DNA of 64,000 bases from Nitrospinales bacterium. GTDB lineage: Bacteria; Nitrospinota; Nitrospinia; Nitrospinales; VA-1. The translations under genes and the position numbers were made by a program. Shown one piece after another: positions 37,884 through 48,115 of this stretch (its first letter is position 1; every line of letters begins with the position of its first letter). The notes below the pieces were generated by a model, which searched no databases, was not told where the DNA came from, and saw only the letters and a program-made list of their open reading frames with translations. Where the stretch lies: contig CBDCXL010000002.1 in the NCBI GenBank assembly GCA_965223795.1, forward strand, positions 2,048,001 through 2,112,000, read 5' to 3'.

Positions 37884-40289
37884 ATGATGGCGGCAGAAGC
37901 AACCATAAGAACCGGCGCAGTCTCCGAACACACGCCTGAGTTTCGTGCGCACGCGCTCATCCTCGCGGCGATGATTCTGTGGACGTTTGGATGCAATCTC
38001 ATCTGGACGATTCTCGACACCCGGCCGCCGTCCTGGGATCAGGGCGCGCACCTGCACATCGCGTTCAAATACGCCTCGGTGTTCGCCTCGGATTCGGACC
38101 GCATATGGCTGGATCTTCTGAGCGTCGAATCGTTTTACCCGCCCCTGTACCATCTGTTCCTGGTTCCTGTGTTCGCGCTGTTCGGGTTTTCCGCGGACAA
38201 CGCGGTGATCCTCAATTCCTTTTTTCTCGCGGTGACGCTGCTGTCGATCTACGGCATCGGCAAAAGGCTCTACGACCGTAACACCGGCCTGTTCGCGGCC
38301 TTTCTGTTCGCCTGCTACCCGTTTCCGGCGTACAGCTCCCGGCAGTGCCTGATCGGGATGATGCTGACCGGGATGGTGGCGCTGACGTATTATCTGTTTC
38401 TGCGTTCGAATCGTTTCGAGGACCGCAGGTTTTCGCTGCTGTTTGCGCTCAGCTACGCGGCGGGCCTGCTGGTGAAGTGGACGTTTTTTCTGTACCTGCT
38501 GCCGGCGGTGATTCTGGGGCTCTGGGGGCGGACGCAGTGCGGTTTCGCCGCGCATGCCAGGCTGTGGCTGTTCTATCTCGGCCTGGTCTTTGCGACGATG
38601 GTGCTGCCGTTTCTGCTTTTCATACTCGCTCAGGGAAAATGGATCGTGCTGGGGCTTGAGGGGGTTCTCGTCGCCGCGCTGGTGCGGCACTACCCGCGGG
38701 TCGGGCTCAGCCCCGCCAAGCTGATCCATGTGTTGACGCTGACCCTGGTTTCCCTGTGGGTCTGCTTTCCCTGGTACGCGCACAACCTGATGAAGATGGC
38801 CAAGGGCATGGCCAAGTTCGGCTTTCCCGACACCGTGCTCAAAGGCGCCATGGAATGGCCCCTGCCGATCTGGGGTTTTTATCTGGAGGCGGCCGGACGC
38901 CAGATGGGAATGCCTCTGTTGCTGCTGTTCGCGGTGGGGGCGATCGCGTTCGTGACGCGCAAAAAACATTTCAATATCATGCTGTTCGCCTGGATCGCGT
39001 TCACTTTCATCGCGTTCACCTTCATCAACAACAAGGGCGTGCGCTACACGATGCCGATGCTGCCTGCGGCGGCTCTGGTCTCCGCAGTTTTTTTATTTTC
39101 CATCGTGAACACGCGCGTCCGCCGGGCTGCGATCGGCACCGTGATCGCCACGGGTCTTTTTTCGTATGTGTACACGGGTTTCTTGCCCGGCAATGCGACC
39201 ATGCCGGTGCTGGGAGGGCCGCTGCTGGGATACAAGAATCCCCCCGTCGACGCAACCTGGCAGATCGATGCGATCCTCGACGATATCGTGCAGGCGGCGG
39301 CGCCGCGCGAAGGAGAGACGGTGACCGTGCGGACGCTCACCAACCATCCCTGGTTTCACCGCGGCGCGTTCCGCGATGCGGCCGAAATCCGCGGCCTGCC
39401 GGTGGTGCTCAAAAGCGTCAAGCGCAACCTCGGCGAGTTGACTGATTTTTTCATCACCAAGGACTCGAGCGAGACCGGGGAATCGGGAACCCGCCAGATC
39501 CATCCCAAGCGGGACCGGCTGCTTTCCGATCCGGCGCTGACGAACACGTTCTCCCTGTTCCGCACCTATCCTTTGCCCAACCGGTCGCAGGGACTGGTGC
39601 TGAAGCGCGACGTCGTTCCTGTGGACGGACTTCCCGGTGCGCTCGATCTTGAAGAAGTGGGACGGCGGTTCGTGGCCGCGCTTTCCGAGTATCCGATTTA
39701 CGGCGTGGAGGAGGCGGTCAACCCTTCGGTCGAGATCATCGCCACCGAACGGCCTGGGGACCGGGCACGGGGACGCTACCGGCGCATCACCTACCGCGCC
39801 GACGCGGCCGTGTCGAACAAGGTCCGCATCGAGAATCTCGAACTGGTCTTCGAGGACGTGCAGATCAACCTGTATGAGCTTTTTTTAAACGGCAAGCTGA
39901 TTTTGTTTGAAATCGGGAAACTGCGTCCCAAAGGAACGGTGCGCTTTGACTTTTTGGAAGCGCTGGCCGAAAAGGAAATGAAGGGGCGCGGCGGCGCGCG
40001 GCTGACCGGGGAGAAAGGCCGCCTGCATTTGCGCGCCTGGCACGAAGTCCCCTGGGGCAAGGCGGAAGGCCGGGTCTCGGTGCGTCTGGATTTTCAGCCG
40101 GGCAGGCACATCCGGCCGGTGGTCGAAACGGTGTTGCTGGGTCCTTTTGAACTCAAGGAGATCTTTTACCGCCGCATCGTCGATGAAACCATCGCGCTCA
40201 CGCCGACGCCGGGCTGGCCGCTGGTGACGGACGTCCGTTCCATCGACATCCATCCGCGCACGATCACCATCAACGCAGACGATTCCTGA
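37884..40289 (+). CDS. ArnT/PMT-family glycosyltransferase with long soluble C-terminal extension
   Basis: PPSWDQGAH, YPPLYH, LLVKW and NKGVRY; roughly 330-aa hydrophilic tail. Confidence 0.78.
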   Translation: MMAAEATIRTGAVSEHTPEFRAHALILAAMILWTFGCNLIWTILDTRPPSWDQGAHLHIAFKYASVFASDSDRIWLDLLSVESFYPPLYHLFLVPVFALFGFSADNAVILNSFFLAVTLLSIYGIGKRLYDRNTGLFAAFLFACYPFPAYSSRQCLIGMMLTGMVALTYYLFLRSNRFEDRRFSLLFALSYAAGLLVKWTFFLYLLPAVILGLWGRTQCGFAAHARLWLFYLGLVFATMVLPFLLFILAQGKWIVLGLEGVLVAALVRHYPRVGLSPAKLIHVLTLTLVSLWVCFPWYAHNLMKMAKGMAKFGFPDTVLKGAMEWPLPIWGFYLEAAGRQMGMPLLLLFAVGAIAFVTRKKHFNIMLFAWIAFTFIAFTFINNKGVRYTMPMLPAAALVSAVFLFSIVNTRVRRAAIGTVIATGLFSYVYTGFLPGNATMPVLGGPLLGYKNPPVDATWQIDAILDDIVQAAAPREGETVTVRTLTNHPWFHRGAFRDAAEIRGLPVVLKSVKRNLGELTDFFITKDSSETGESGTRQIHPKRDRLLSDPALTNTFSLFRTYPLPNRSQGLVLKRDVVPVDGLPGALDLEEVGRRFVAALSEYPIYGVEEAVNPSVEIIATERPGDRARGRYRRITYRADAAVSNKVRIENLELVFEDVQINLYELFLNGKLILFEIGKLRPKGTVRFDFLEALAEKEMKGRGGARLTGEKGRLHLRAWHEVPWGKAEGRVSVRLDFQPGRHIRPVVETVLLGPFELKEIFYRRIVDETIALTPTPGWPLVTDVRSIDIHPRTITINADDS

Positions 40290-40295
40290 CGGCTC

Positions 40296-41450
40296 GTGAA
40301 AATTTCCTTTCTGTGTTTCGATCTTTCAGACAACTCCCTCGGCCGGGCCGCGCTGCTGGCCCAGGCTCTTGCGGCGCACCACACGGTGGAGCTGGTGGGG
40401 CCTGCAAAGAAGGGCGAGATCTGGTATCCTCTGCGGGATCTGGATATCCCGGTGCGCACTTACGCTTGGAAGCGTTACCCGGCGTTCGTGCCGATCGTGC
40501 GGCGGATGGTCAAGGAACTGGACGCGGACCTGGTGTTCGCCTGCAAACTCCGTCCCACGAGTTTCGGGATCGGACTGCTCAGGAAATGGATTTACAAAAC
40601 GCCGCTGCTGGTGGACATCGACGACTGGGAGCTGGGGTTTTTCTACCACACGGACTTCTGGGGCAAGCTGGGCCGGTTTTTGAATCTGTCCAATCCCAAC
40701 GGCCTGCCCTACACCTGGCTCATGGAGCGGTGGGTGCGCTGCGCGGACGGGATCAGCGTGAGCAACCGCTATCTGCAAAACCGGTTTTCCGGAACGCTGC
40801 TGTACCATTGCCGGGACACGGCGGTCCTCGACCCCGCTCTTTACGATGCGGAGGCGTCCCGCCAGGCGCTGCACCTTGCGGGAAAAAAAGTGGTGATGTT
40901 TCTCGGCACGCCGCGGGCGCACAAGGGAGTGGACGATCTGGTGCGGGCGGTGGAAACGCTCGGCGATCCGATGACGCGGCTGGTGATCGTGGGAGCCGAT
41001 GAAACCGACAAGGCGCGGATCCTGGCGCGCGGCGGCGATGAGGAAACGGTGCGGTTCGTGCCGCGCATTCCCTTCGCGAAGCTGGGAGAATACCTCGCGG
41101 CGGCGGACGTGGTGGCGATTCCGCAGCGGCGCACCACCGATACGGTGGGTCAGATGCCCGCCAAGATCTTCGATGCGATGGCGATGGCCCGGCCCATCGT
41201 GTCGACGCGGGTTTCGGACATTCCGGAGGTGCTCGACGACTGCGGCCATCTGGTCGAACCGGGGGACATCGACGGATTGGCGGCGGCGATCCGGCGCGTG
41301 TTGTCCGATCCTGTCGAGGCGCAAGCGATGGGCGAGCGGGCGCGGCGCCGCTGCCGGGATCTTTACGACACGCGGCGGCTGACGACGCAGCTCAACGAGC
41401 TGGTGGCCTCTGCGGTTTCAAAGCAGCGCCCCGGCGAAAACAAAAGCTGA
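40296..41450 (+). CDS. Glycosyltransferase family 4
   Basis: FLG..RAHKGVDDL, AADVVAIP and PAKIFDAMAMARPIVSTRV. Confidence 0.9.
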   Translation: MKISFLCFDLSDNSLGRAALLAQALAAHHTVELVGPAKKGEIWYPLRDLDIPVRTYAWKRYPAFVPIVRRMVKELDADLVFACKLRPTSFGIGLLRKWIYKTPLLVDIDDWELGFFYHTDFWGKLGRFLNLSNPNGLPYTWLMERWVRCADGISVSNRYLQNRFSGTLLYHCRDTAVLDPALYDAEASRQALHLAGKKVVMFLGTPRAHKGVDDLVRAVETLGDPMTRLVIVGADETDKARILARGGDEETVRFVPRIPFAKLGEYLAAADVVAIPQRRTTDTVGQMPAKIFDAMAMARPIVSTRVSDIPEVLDDCGHLVEPGDIDGLAAAIRRVLSDPVEAQAMGERARRRCRDLYDTRRLTTQLNELVASAVSKQRPGENKS

Positions 41451-41482
41451 TCGATCCAACGCGGCATCCCGGAGGAAGAATC

Positions 41483-42550
41483 GTGCGCACATTTTCAAAA
41501 AACAGAGTTCGGCCGGGAGCGAAAATCCTGCTGATCAAACTGCGCTCCATCGGCGATGTGATCTACAACACCGCGGTCTACACGCCGCTCAAACGCTGCT
41601 TCCCGGATGCGCACCTCACGGTGCTGGTCGAGCCGGCTTCTTACGATCTGGTGCGCAGCCATCCCGACGTGGACCGGGTGCTCTGCTTTCGCAAGGGTTC
41701 CTTCGCCGGGCAGGCTGGGTTTTACCGGCGTCTGTTCAGCGAACGCTACGACGTCGCCATCGACATGCACGAAGGGACGCGCGGCGCGCTCATGTGTTTT
41801 TTGACGCAGGCCCGGTTTCGTGTGGGAAACCTGCGGGCCAAGCGGTCGTTTCTGTACAACGTCAAACTGGATTTTTCCGATCTCAATCCTAAGTACCCGA
41901 TCGACTACCAGGTCGCCCTCATCACCAAGATGGGCGTGCACTTCGAGAACCCGGCCCCGGCGGTGCACATAGCGCATGAGAGCCGCATGAACGCCGCCCG
42001 CATCCTGCAGGAAAACGGCATCGCGCCGGAAGATCCCTACTGTGTCGTGCATCCCGGCAGCCGCCGGATCTACAACCGCTGGCCGGCGGAGGAGTTCGCG
42101 CACCTGGTGGACAAACTGCATCGCGAGTACGGGCTCAAGGTGCTGCTGACCTGTGGACCGGGAGAAGAAGAGCAGGTGCGGGCAGTGACGGACCGGATCG
42201 AAAACAATGCGTACGCGTTCGTGCAGGCGGAGCTTCAGGAACTGGCGGCGATCACGGAAGGCGCGGAATTCTCGCTCTGCCACAACGGCGGCTTCATGCA
42301 CCTCTCCTCGGTGCTCGGGACGCCGGTGGTGGCGCTGTTCGGGTCCGTGCATCCGCGCGTGTGGCGGCCGCTGGGAAAACGCGACGTGGTTCTGTATCAG
42401 AATGTGGAATGCAGTCCGTGCGATGAAAAGACGCGCAAAAAGGAATGCTACAACGGCGACACCGAGTGCCTGCGCGCCATCACGCGGGAGCATGTGCTGG
42501 AAGGCGTGGACCGCATTCTGCAGAAGGACGCGCGCGAGCTCAAAGGATGA
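41483..42550 (+). CDS. GT9 LPS heptosyltransferase-like (WaaQ/WaaF family)
   Basis: KLRSIGDV, HPGS...WP, NGGFMHL and PVVALFG. Confidence 0.88.
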   Translation: MRTFSKNRVRPGAKILLIKLRSIGDVIYNTAVYTPLKRCFPDAHLTVLVEPASYDLVRSHPDVDRVLCFRKGSFAGQAGFYRRLFSERYDVAIDMHEGTRGALMCFLTQARFRVGNLRAKRSFLYNVKLDFSDLNPKYPIDYQVALITKMGVHFENPAPAVHIAHESRMNAARILQENGIAPEDPYCVVHPGSRRIYNRWPAEEFAHLVDKLHREYGLKVLLTCGPGEEEQVRAVTDRIENNAYAFVQAELQELAAITEGAEFSLCHNGGFMHLSSVLGTPVVALFGSVHPRVWRPLGKRDVVLYQNVECSPCDEKTRKKECYNGDTECLRAITREHVLEGVDRILQKDARELKG

Positions 42551-42568
42551 TTTTGAATATCGATCCCG

Positions 42569-43561
42569 TCACGTGTCTTCCAGAGCCTTGAGCAGCCGAT
42601 CCCACACCCTGTCGACAGAAATGGTTTTCACATCGGCTCCCTGATTTGCGATCCGCGTCGCTTGCAGCCCGTTTTGCGAAGGGTGCAGCAGCGTGCAGCT
42701 GTTTTCCGCCAGTTCAAACGGGCCCGCGCCCCTTGGGTCGTAAGGGCCGAACAGCGCCACGGTCGGCACCTTGAGCGCGAACCCGACGTGCATGGGGCCG
42801 GTGTCGCAGGTGACCAGGAGCCGTGCGTGGCCGATCAGCTGACAGTCTGTCTTTAAGGGCAGATCGAGCGAATGCGCGGCGCGTTTCGGGTCCATGTCCT
42901 CCAGCAGGGTGTGGATGGCGTTGCGTTCCGCCGGACCGCCGCCGAGCACGATTTTGTATTCGGTGTGTTTGAGGATGGTCTGCGCCAGTTCGAAAAACCG
43001 TTCTTCCGGCCAGCGTTTTTCCGCTGTGGAAGCGCCGACGTTGAGGTAGATGAATTTTTTCGGGGCCAGCCGGGCCGATTTGAGAAAGTGGTTGATGCGG
43101 GCGCGGTCGCTTTCGTTGAAAAAAATTTCCATGTGTCCGCCGTCGCCGGGAATGCCGATGGTTTCGATCAGCTTGAGCCGCCGCCGGATGCCGTGCACCG
43201 TCCCTTCGATGCGCACCCGGTTGGCGGGTGCGATCCAGGGCGCGTTCTGATGCGCCCACAGGCTTTTGCGCCTGAGCCAGGGCAGAAAACGGGTGATGTC
43301 CCGGTTGGCGTGAAACAGCAGCACCGCGTCGTAGGATTGTGAAAGCAGCCGCATTGCCGTGAAGGGCTGCCGGTACCATTGCGGGTGGTAGTCGATCAGC
43401 CGGTCGATGTGCGGGTTGTCCTCAAACAGCGGTCTCCACCGCGCCTGCAAGAGAAAATGCAGCTTGAGCGCGGGCAGGGTTTTTTTGATCGCGCGGATCG
43501 CCGGCGTTCCCCACAGGGTGTCTCCCATTCCGGTGGTGCTGATGACGAGAATTTTTTTCAT
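42569..43561 (-). CDS. GT9 LPS heptosyltransferase-like
   Basis: TTGMGDTL, GASTAEKRWP, DTGPMH and PTVALFG; start ATG 43561. Confidence 0.88.
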   Translation of the reverse strand: MKKILVISTTGMGDTLWGTPAIRAIKKTLPALKLHFLLQARWRPLFEDNPHIDRLIDYHPQWYRQPFTAMRLLSQSYDAVLLFHANRDITRFLPWLRRKSLWAHQNAPWIAPANRVRIEGTVHGIRRRLKLIETIGIPGDGGHMEIFFNESDRARINHFLKSARLAPKKFIYLNVGASTAEKRWPEERFFELAQTILKHTEYKIVLGGGPAERNAIHTLLEDMDPKRAAHSLDLPLKTDCQLIGHARLLVTCDTGPMHVGFALKVPTVALFGPYDPRGAGPFELAENSCTLLHPSQNGLQATRIANQGADVKTISVDRVWDRLLKALEDT

Positions 43562-43580
43562 GCGTGGTCGGGCGCCCCGG

Positions 43581-44558
43581 TTACGGCGGCGTGTTGACGG
43601 CGTGTGATTGCTGCAATTTTTTTTCAGCGATGACGTACAGATTGAAGCCGTATCCCGCGCCATCGAGGATCGGGCTGATGTAATTGACCGGGTTGAGGCT
43701 GTTTTTCAGATCGCGCCGGATTCCCTTGAGCCGCTTTGCCAGTTTGCCGGAAGGAACGGACTCTTTTTGATAGGGCTTGCTTTCCGGCGGTGAGAAAAAT
43801 CCTTTTTTGGCGCGGTTGGTGTTGTTGTGCACGATCCTGAAACCGGCGGGAACCAGCATCCGTTCGAGGGTGTCGCGGGAAAAGAAGAACAGGTGCTGCT
43901 CGATCTGGTAGCCGTACCATTTGTCTTTGAGGAACGCCGCGTTTTTCACGTTGGGCGTCCAGATCACCAGCAGACCGCCGGTTTTGAGCAGCTCTGAACA
44001 CCGCTCCAGAAAAGACCGCGGACGCGGCACATGTTCGATGAGATCCCAAAGCACGATGACATCGAAAAACGCGGGCGGCCAGTCCGCCTCCTGCAACGTC
44101 GCGCGGCGGACGTTGACCAGTTTCAATTGTTCTTTGGCGAAGTGGACGAATTCGGGAACGATGTCGATGCCGTGCGGGTCCCAGCCCCGCTCGCTCGCGG
44201 CTTTCAGGAAAAACCCGCCGCCGCAGCCGACGTCGAGAATGCGTCCGGTGCCGTGGTACAACCGCTCGATGCGCTGCAGCCGCTCGTTGTACTTCTTACG
44301 GTATGCCTGCCAGCGGTCCAGCCGTTCCTGCAGGTAGGTGCTGTAATACGGGTTGCCGCCTGCGTCCCCGCGCGTTTCCTTGCGGTACAGCGCGTCCAGA
44401 TGGTGTTGCGTGGGCATGGGGTTGACGAACTCGAGACCGCAATGGCTGCAGCGCACCACGCTGGACCCGCCGTTGCGGGAACACACTTCGGAATAATCCT
44501 TGGAGCCGCAGATTTCACAGAGCATGGTGCAAACGTTTTCGGATTCGGAAAGAGGCAT
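43581..44558 (-). CDS. Class I SAM-dependent methyltransferase with N-terminal Zn-finger-like CxxC pairs
   Basis: CEIC...CSHC, LDVGCGGG, DLIEHVP, TPN and EQHLFFF; start may be 44525. Confidence 0.85.
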   Translation of the reverse strand: MPLSESENVCTMLCEICGSKDYSEVCSRNGGSSVVRCSHCGLEFVNPMPTQHHLDALYRKETRGDAGGNPYYSTYLQERLDRWQAYRKKYNERLQRIERLYHGTGRILDVGCGGGFFLKAASERGWDPHGIDIVPEFVHFAKEQLKLVNVRRATLQEADWPPAFFDVIVLWDLIEHVPRPRSFLERCSELLKTGGLLVIWTPNVKNAAFLKDKWYGYQIEQHLFFFSRDTLERMLVPAGFRIVHNNTNRAKKGFFSPPESKPYQKESVPSGKLAKRLKGIRRDLKNSLNPVNYISPILDGAGYGFNLYVIAEKKLQQSHAVNTPP

Positions 44559-44678
44559 GCAAAGGCCCGGAAAGCGGGGAAAGAACCGCAACAGGTTGAG
44601 ATCGACACCTTTGGGGGGATATGTTAGATTAATCGCCGTCCACGCGCAACCCGTCCATCACCCTAGCGAGAGCCTGCC

Positions 44679-45809
44679 TTGGTGAGACCGCTCCACATCC
44701 TGCACTCGGAAGCCGCGTTCGGCTGGGGAGGGCAGGAGATCCGGATTCTGCAGGAATGCCGCGAGCTGCTCAAACGCGGCCACCGCGTGTCTCTTGTGTG
44801 TCAGCCCGAAAGCCCGCTCGCAAAGCGGGGCGGCTCGCTGACCGATGCCGGCTTCGGCTTTTTCCCGGTGCGCATGCGCCGGCCGTTGAGCCCGACGGCG
44901 TTTTTCAGGCTGTACCGTCTCATCCGCGGGCTGCGTCCGGACATCCTGCACACACACAGTTCCATCGACAGCTGGCTCGTTTCTCTCATCGGGAAGATGT
45001 TGAACATTCCGCTCGTGCGCACCCGCCACGTGTCCATACCGGTGAAAAATCATTTTCCCAACAACCGGCTGTATTCCTCTTTCCCGGCCCGCATCCTCAC
45101 CAGCGGCGCGGCGATCCGCGACATGCTGCTGCATGTGGACGGGGTGACGGAAAACCAGGTCGTTTCCATCCCGGCGGGGGTCGACATGCAGCGTTTTGAT
45201 TGCAGTCTTTCGGGGCAGAGAATCCGCGATGAGCTGAAGCTTTCTGACGGGCAGCCGCTGATCGGCAAGGTGGGGGTGATCCGCGGATGGAAGGGGCACG
45301 ATTTTTTCCTTGAATCGGTCCCACTGGTTTTGAAAGAATTTCCCGATGCGCGCTTTGTCATCGCCGGGGACGGACCCGGCCACGATGAAATACGCAGCAA
45401 GATCCGCAGCCGCGGGCTCGATAAAGCGGTGACGATGCTGGGGCACCGCGAGGACGTGCCGGAGATCGTCGCGGCGATGGACATCCTGGTGCTGGCTTCG
45501 TTCGCGGGCGAGGGCACCTCGCAGGTCATCCCGCAGGCGTTCGCCATGAAAACGCCGGTGGTGGCGGCACGGGGCGGGTCGATTCCGGAACTTCTGGGCA
45601 ACGAGGATCGGGGACTGCTGGCGGACATCAAGAGCGGACCGGCGATCGCTCAGGGCGTCATCCGGCTGCTCAAGGATCCGGCGCTCTGCGCGCGTCTGAC
45701 GGCGGCGGCGTTTGAATTCTGCGGAAGGGAGCTGACGATCGAGCGAAAAATGGAGCAGACGCTCAGCGTCTACCGGGACGTGTTGAACCTTTCTACGGGC
45801 AAGCCGTGA
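44679..45809 (+). CDS. Glycosyltransferase family 4 (LPS core)
   Basis: GWGGQEIR, HTHSSIDSW, RTRH, WKGH and EGTSQVIPQA. Confidence 0.9.
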   Translation: MVRPLHILHSEAAFGWGGQEIRILQECRELLKRGHRVSLVCQPESPLAKRGGSLTDAGFGFFPVRMRRPLSPTAFFRLYRLIRGLRPDILHTHSSIDSWLVSLIGKMLNIPLVRTRHVSIPVKNHFPNNRLYSSFPARILTSGAAIRDMLLHVDGVTENQVVSIPAGVDMQRFDCSLSGQRIRDELKLSDGQPLIGKVGVIRGWKGHDFFLESVPLVLKEFPDARFVIAGDGPGHDEIRSKIRSRGLDKAVTMLGHREDVPEIVAAMDILVLASFAGEGTSQVIPQAFAMKTPVVAARGGSIPELLGNEDRGLLADIKSGPAIAQGVIRLLKDPALCARLTAAAFEFCGRELTIERKMEQTLSVYRDVLNLSTGKP

Positions 45810-45828
45810 TGCGTGCGGCGGCAAGGCG

Positions 45829-46977
45829 GTGCCGGTGAAACTCGCTCTGATCCGGCAGAAATACGTGCATTACGGCGGTGCGGAAAGTTTTGCGGCGCAG
45901 TACACCACCCACCTCGCGGAAGCGGGGCACGAGGTGCACATTTTCGCGAACCAGTGGAAACCCTGCGCCCACCCGAACCTGCACGTGCATCCCGTTGCGG
46001 CGATCCGGACCAATTCCTTTTTGCGCACGCTCACATTCGCGCGCAATGCGGCCCGCGCCGTGCGCCGGCAGCGTTTCGATGCGGTGCAGTCGCACGAACG
46101 CACCTGGTGTCAGGATATCTACCGCGCGGGCGACGGGTGCCACCGCGAATGGCTGGAGCAGAGGAAGCGGGGGCTGGGTTTGGGCAAGCGGCTGTCCCTG
46201 GAATGCAGCCCGTTTCACCGGCTGATCCTCGTTCTGGAACGGCGCCTGTTCGAAGGGCCGGGATGCAAAAAGATCGTCGCGATTTCGCACAGGGTGAAGC
46301 GGGACATTCAAAAACACTACCGGGTGCCGGATGAAAAGATCGCCGTGGTGTACAATGGCGTGCAACTGGATCTGTTTCATCCCAAAAACAAATCCATCTT
46401 CCGCACTTCTCTCCGCAAACGGCTGGGCATTCCGGATGACGCGGTGTTGATGCTGTTTGTGGGCTCGGGGTTCGAACGCAAGGGGCTGGAGTTTCTGCTG
46501 CGTTCGCTCGCCTTCCTCAATCAGGAAAACTGGCGGCTGCTGCTGGTGGGAAAAGGAGAATGGAACCGGTATCTGAATTTCGCGCCAGAGAAGTTTAAAG
46601 AAAAAATTCATATCCAGGACCCGGTCGACACCATCGAGCAGTTTTACGGCGCAGCGGATGTGTTCGTGCTGCCCTCGATCTACGAACCGTTCGGCAACGC
46701 CAACCTGGAAGCGCTCGCTTCCGGACTTCCCATTGTGACGAGCGCACACTGCGGCGCGGCGGAAATCATCGGCGAGGAGCGAGAGGGATTCGTCATTCAG
46801 GATCCGCGCGATGCGGAGGAAATCGCGTCGCACCTGAACCGGCTGTTCGACGTTTCTCTGCGTGAGCGCATGGGACGCAGCGCGCGATTGCTGGCGGAGC
46901 AGTTCACACAAAAGCGCTGCGCGGACGCCATGCTGGCGCTGTACCGTGAAGTCGCGGCGATGAAAAGTCCGGACTGA
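45829..46977 (+). CDS. Glycosyltransferase family 4 (WaaG/RfaG-like)
   Basis: YGGAE, YRAGDGCH, GSGFERKG and YEPFGNANLEALASG. Confidence 0.9.
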   Translation: MPVKLALIRQKYVHYGGAESFAAQYTTHLAEAGHEVHIFANQWKPCAHPNLHVHPVAAIRTNSFLRTLTFARNAARAVRRQRFDAVQSHERTWCQDIYRAGDGCHREWLEQRKRGLGLGKRLSLECSPFHRLILVLERRLFEGPGCKKIVAISHRVKRDIQKHYRVPDEKIAVVYNGVQLDLFHPKNKSIFRTSLRKRLGIPDDAVLMLFVGSGFERKGLEFLLRSLAFLNQENWRLLLVGKGEWNRYLNFAPEKFKEKIHIQDPVDTIEQFYGAADVFVLPSIYEPFGNANLEALASGLPIVTSAHCGAAEIIGEEREGFVIQDPRDAEEIASHLNRLFDVSLRERMGRSARLLAEQFTQKRCADAMLALYREVAAMKSPD

Positions 46978-47004
46978 ACTGCGCGGCGCATTGGAAGGAT
47001 AGCG

Positions 47005-47682
47005 ATGCTCGGTAAAAAAAAAGAGATCAACGATCACCGGCGCCCGCGATTGAAAAAGGCGTTTTACCTGCATCGCAAAGCGCTGCGTGATTTTGTGATC
47101 CGGTTTTCCGAAGAAGTAAAAAAAGAGGCGCGGATTCTGGATTTTGGATGCGGCGCGAAACCGTACGCGCCGTATTTCCCGACTCAGCGCTACATCGGGC
47201 TGGACGGCCATGCCGGATCCCAGGCGGATGTGGTCGCGGGAGAGCGCATGCCGTTCAGGGACGCCGTTTTCGACTGCGTGTTTTCATTTCAGGTGCTGGA
47301 ACACGTTTCCGATCCGCACACGCTGCTTGCAGAATGCCGGCGCGTGTTGAAACCCGGCGGCACGCTGCTGATCTCGGCGCCGTTTCTGTATGAATACCAC
47401 GCCTGCCCGACCGATTACTGGCGTTTCACTCACGAAGGCCTGTCGCATCTTCTTAATGGTTTTTCAGATATCCGGATCACGCACGACACGTCCACGGAAC
47501 AGACGCTCATCAGCCTGCTCTGCAGCTGGATCTGGCATGCCGGTGAACGCTGGAAACTGAAATGGCTGGGGAATGTTCTGATTTTTCTTTTGAACCTTGT
47601 GGGCTTGTGTTTTAGCAGACCGTCCCAGCAGTACAAGACGGGTTACCTGACTTCCAATTTCATCGTGACGGCGAAACGGTGA
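47005..47682 (+). CDS. Class I SAM-dependent methyltransferase (type 11)
   Basis: LDFGCGAKPY, QVLEHV, RVLKPGG and PTDYWRFT. Confidence 0.88.
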   Translation: MLGKKKEINDHRRPRLKKAFYLHRKALRDFVIRFSEEVKKEARILDFGCGAKPYAPYFPTQRYIGLDGHAGSQADVVAGERMPFRDAVFDCVFSFQVLEHVSDPHTLLAECRRVLKPGGTLLISAPFLYEYHACPTDYWRFTHEGLSHLLNGFSDIRITHDTSTEQTLISLLCSWIWHAGERWKLKWLGNVLIFLLNLVGLCFSRPSQQYKTGYLTSNFIVTAKR

Positions 47683-47693
47683 CGCATCGTTTT

Positions 47694-47924
47694 TTATAAT
47701 TTGGAATGGGTCCCGTCGCAAAAGGGCGGGTTTCCGGAATGACCGCAGTCGCAGATGGCGACGCGTTTGGCCTCGGTGATTTCATATTTATGCGGGGATT
47801 TGCCGGTGTCCTTTTTATCGTGCGAACCATCACAATAGGGTTTGTTCTGGGATTCGCCGCAGGCGCAGTAGTACTTGGTGCCGGGTGTTTCCTCGACGAT
47901 ATGGGGTGATTTCTCGTAAGGCAT
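47694..47924 (-). CDS. CDGSH iron-sulfur protein with two CDGSH motifs (MiNT/CISD3-like)
   Basis: [16 protein letters not shown] and [16 protein letters not shown]. Confidence 0.92.
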   Translation of the reverse strand: MPYEKSPHIVEETPGTKYYCACGESQNKPYCDGSHDKKDTGKSPHKYEITEAKRVAICDCGHSGNPPFCDGTHSKL

Positions 47925-48115
47925 GACGTCTCCTTGAGCGCGGTTTCGGGATTCAGGCTGTTATGCTCACTCAAGGCGGCCTGGTTGTCAATTGAAAACC
48001 CGTCTTCCGCTTTGCGGTGTTGTGTTCGGAGACGCGATGCCGGTGCGATTTTACAAATTGACGGGTTCCGCATTCAGGACGGTTCTTCACACTCGATAGA
48101 GAAAGCAGAGGAAAC

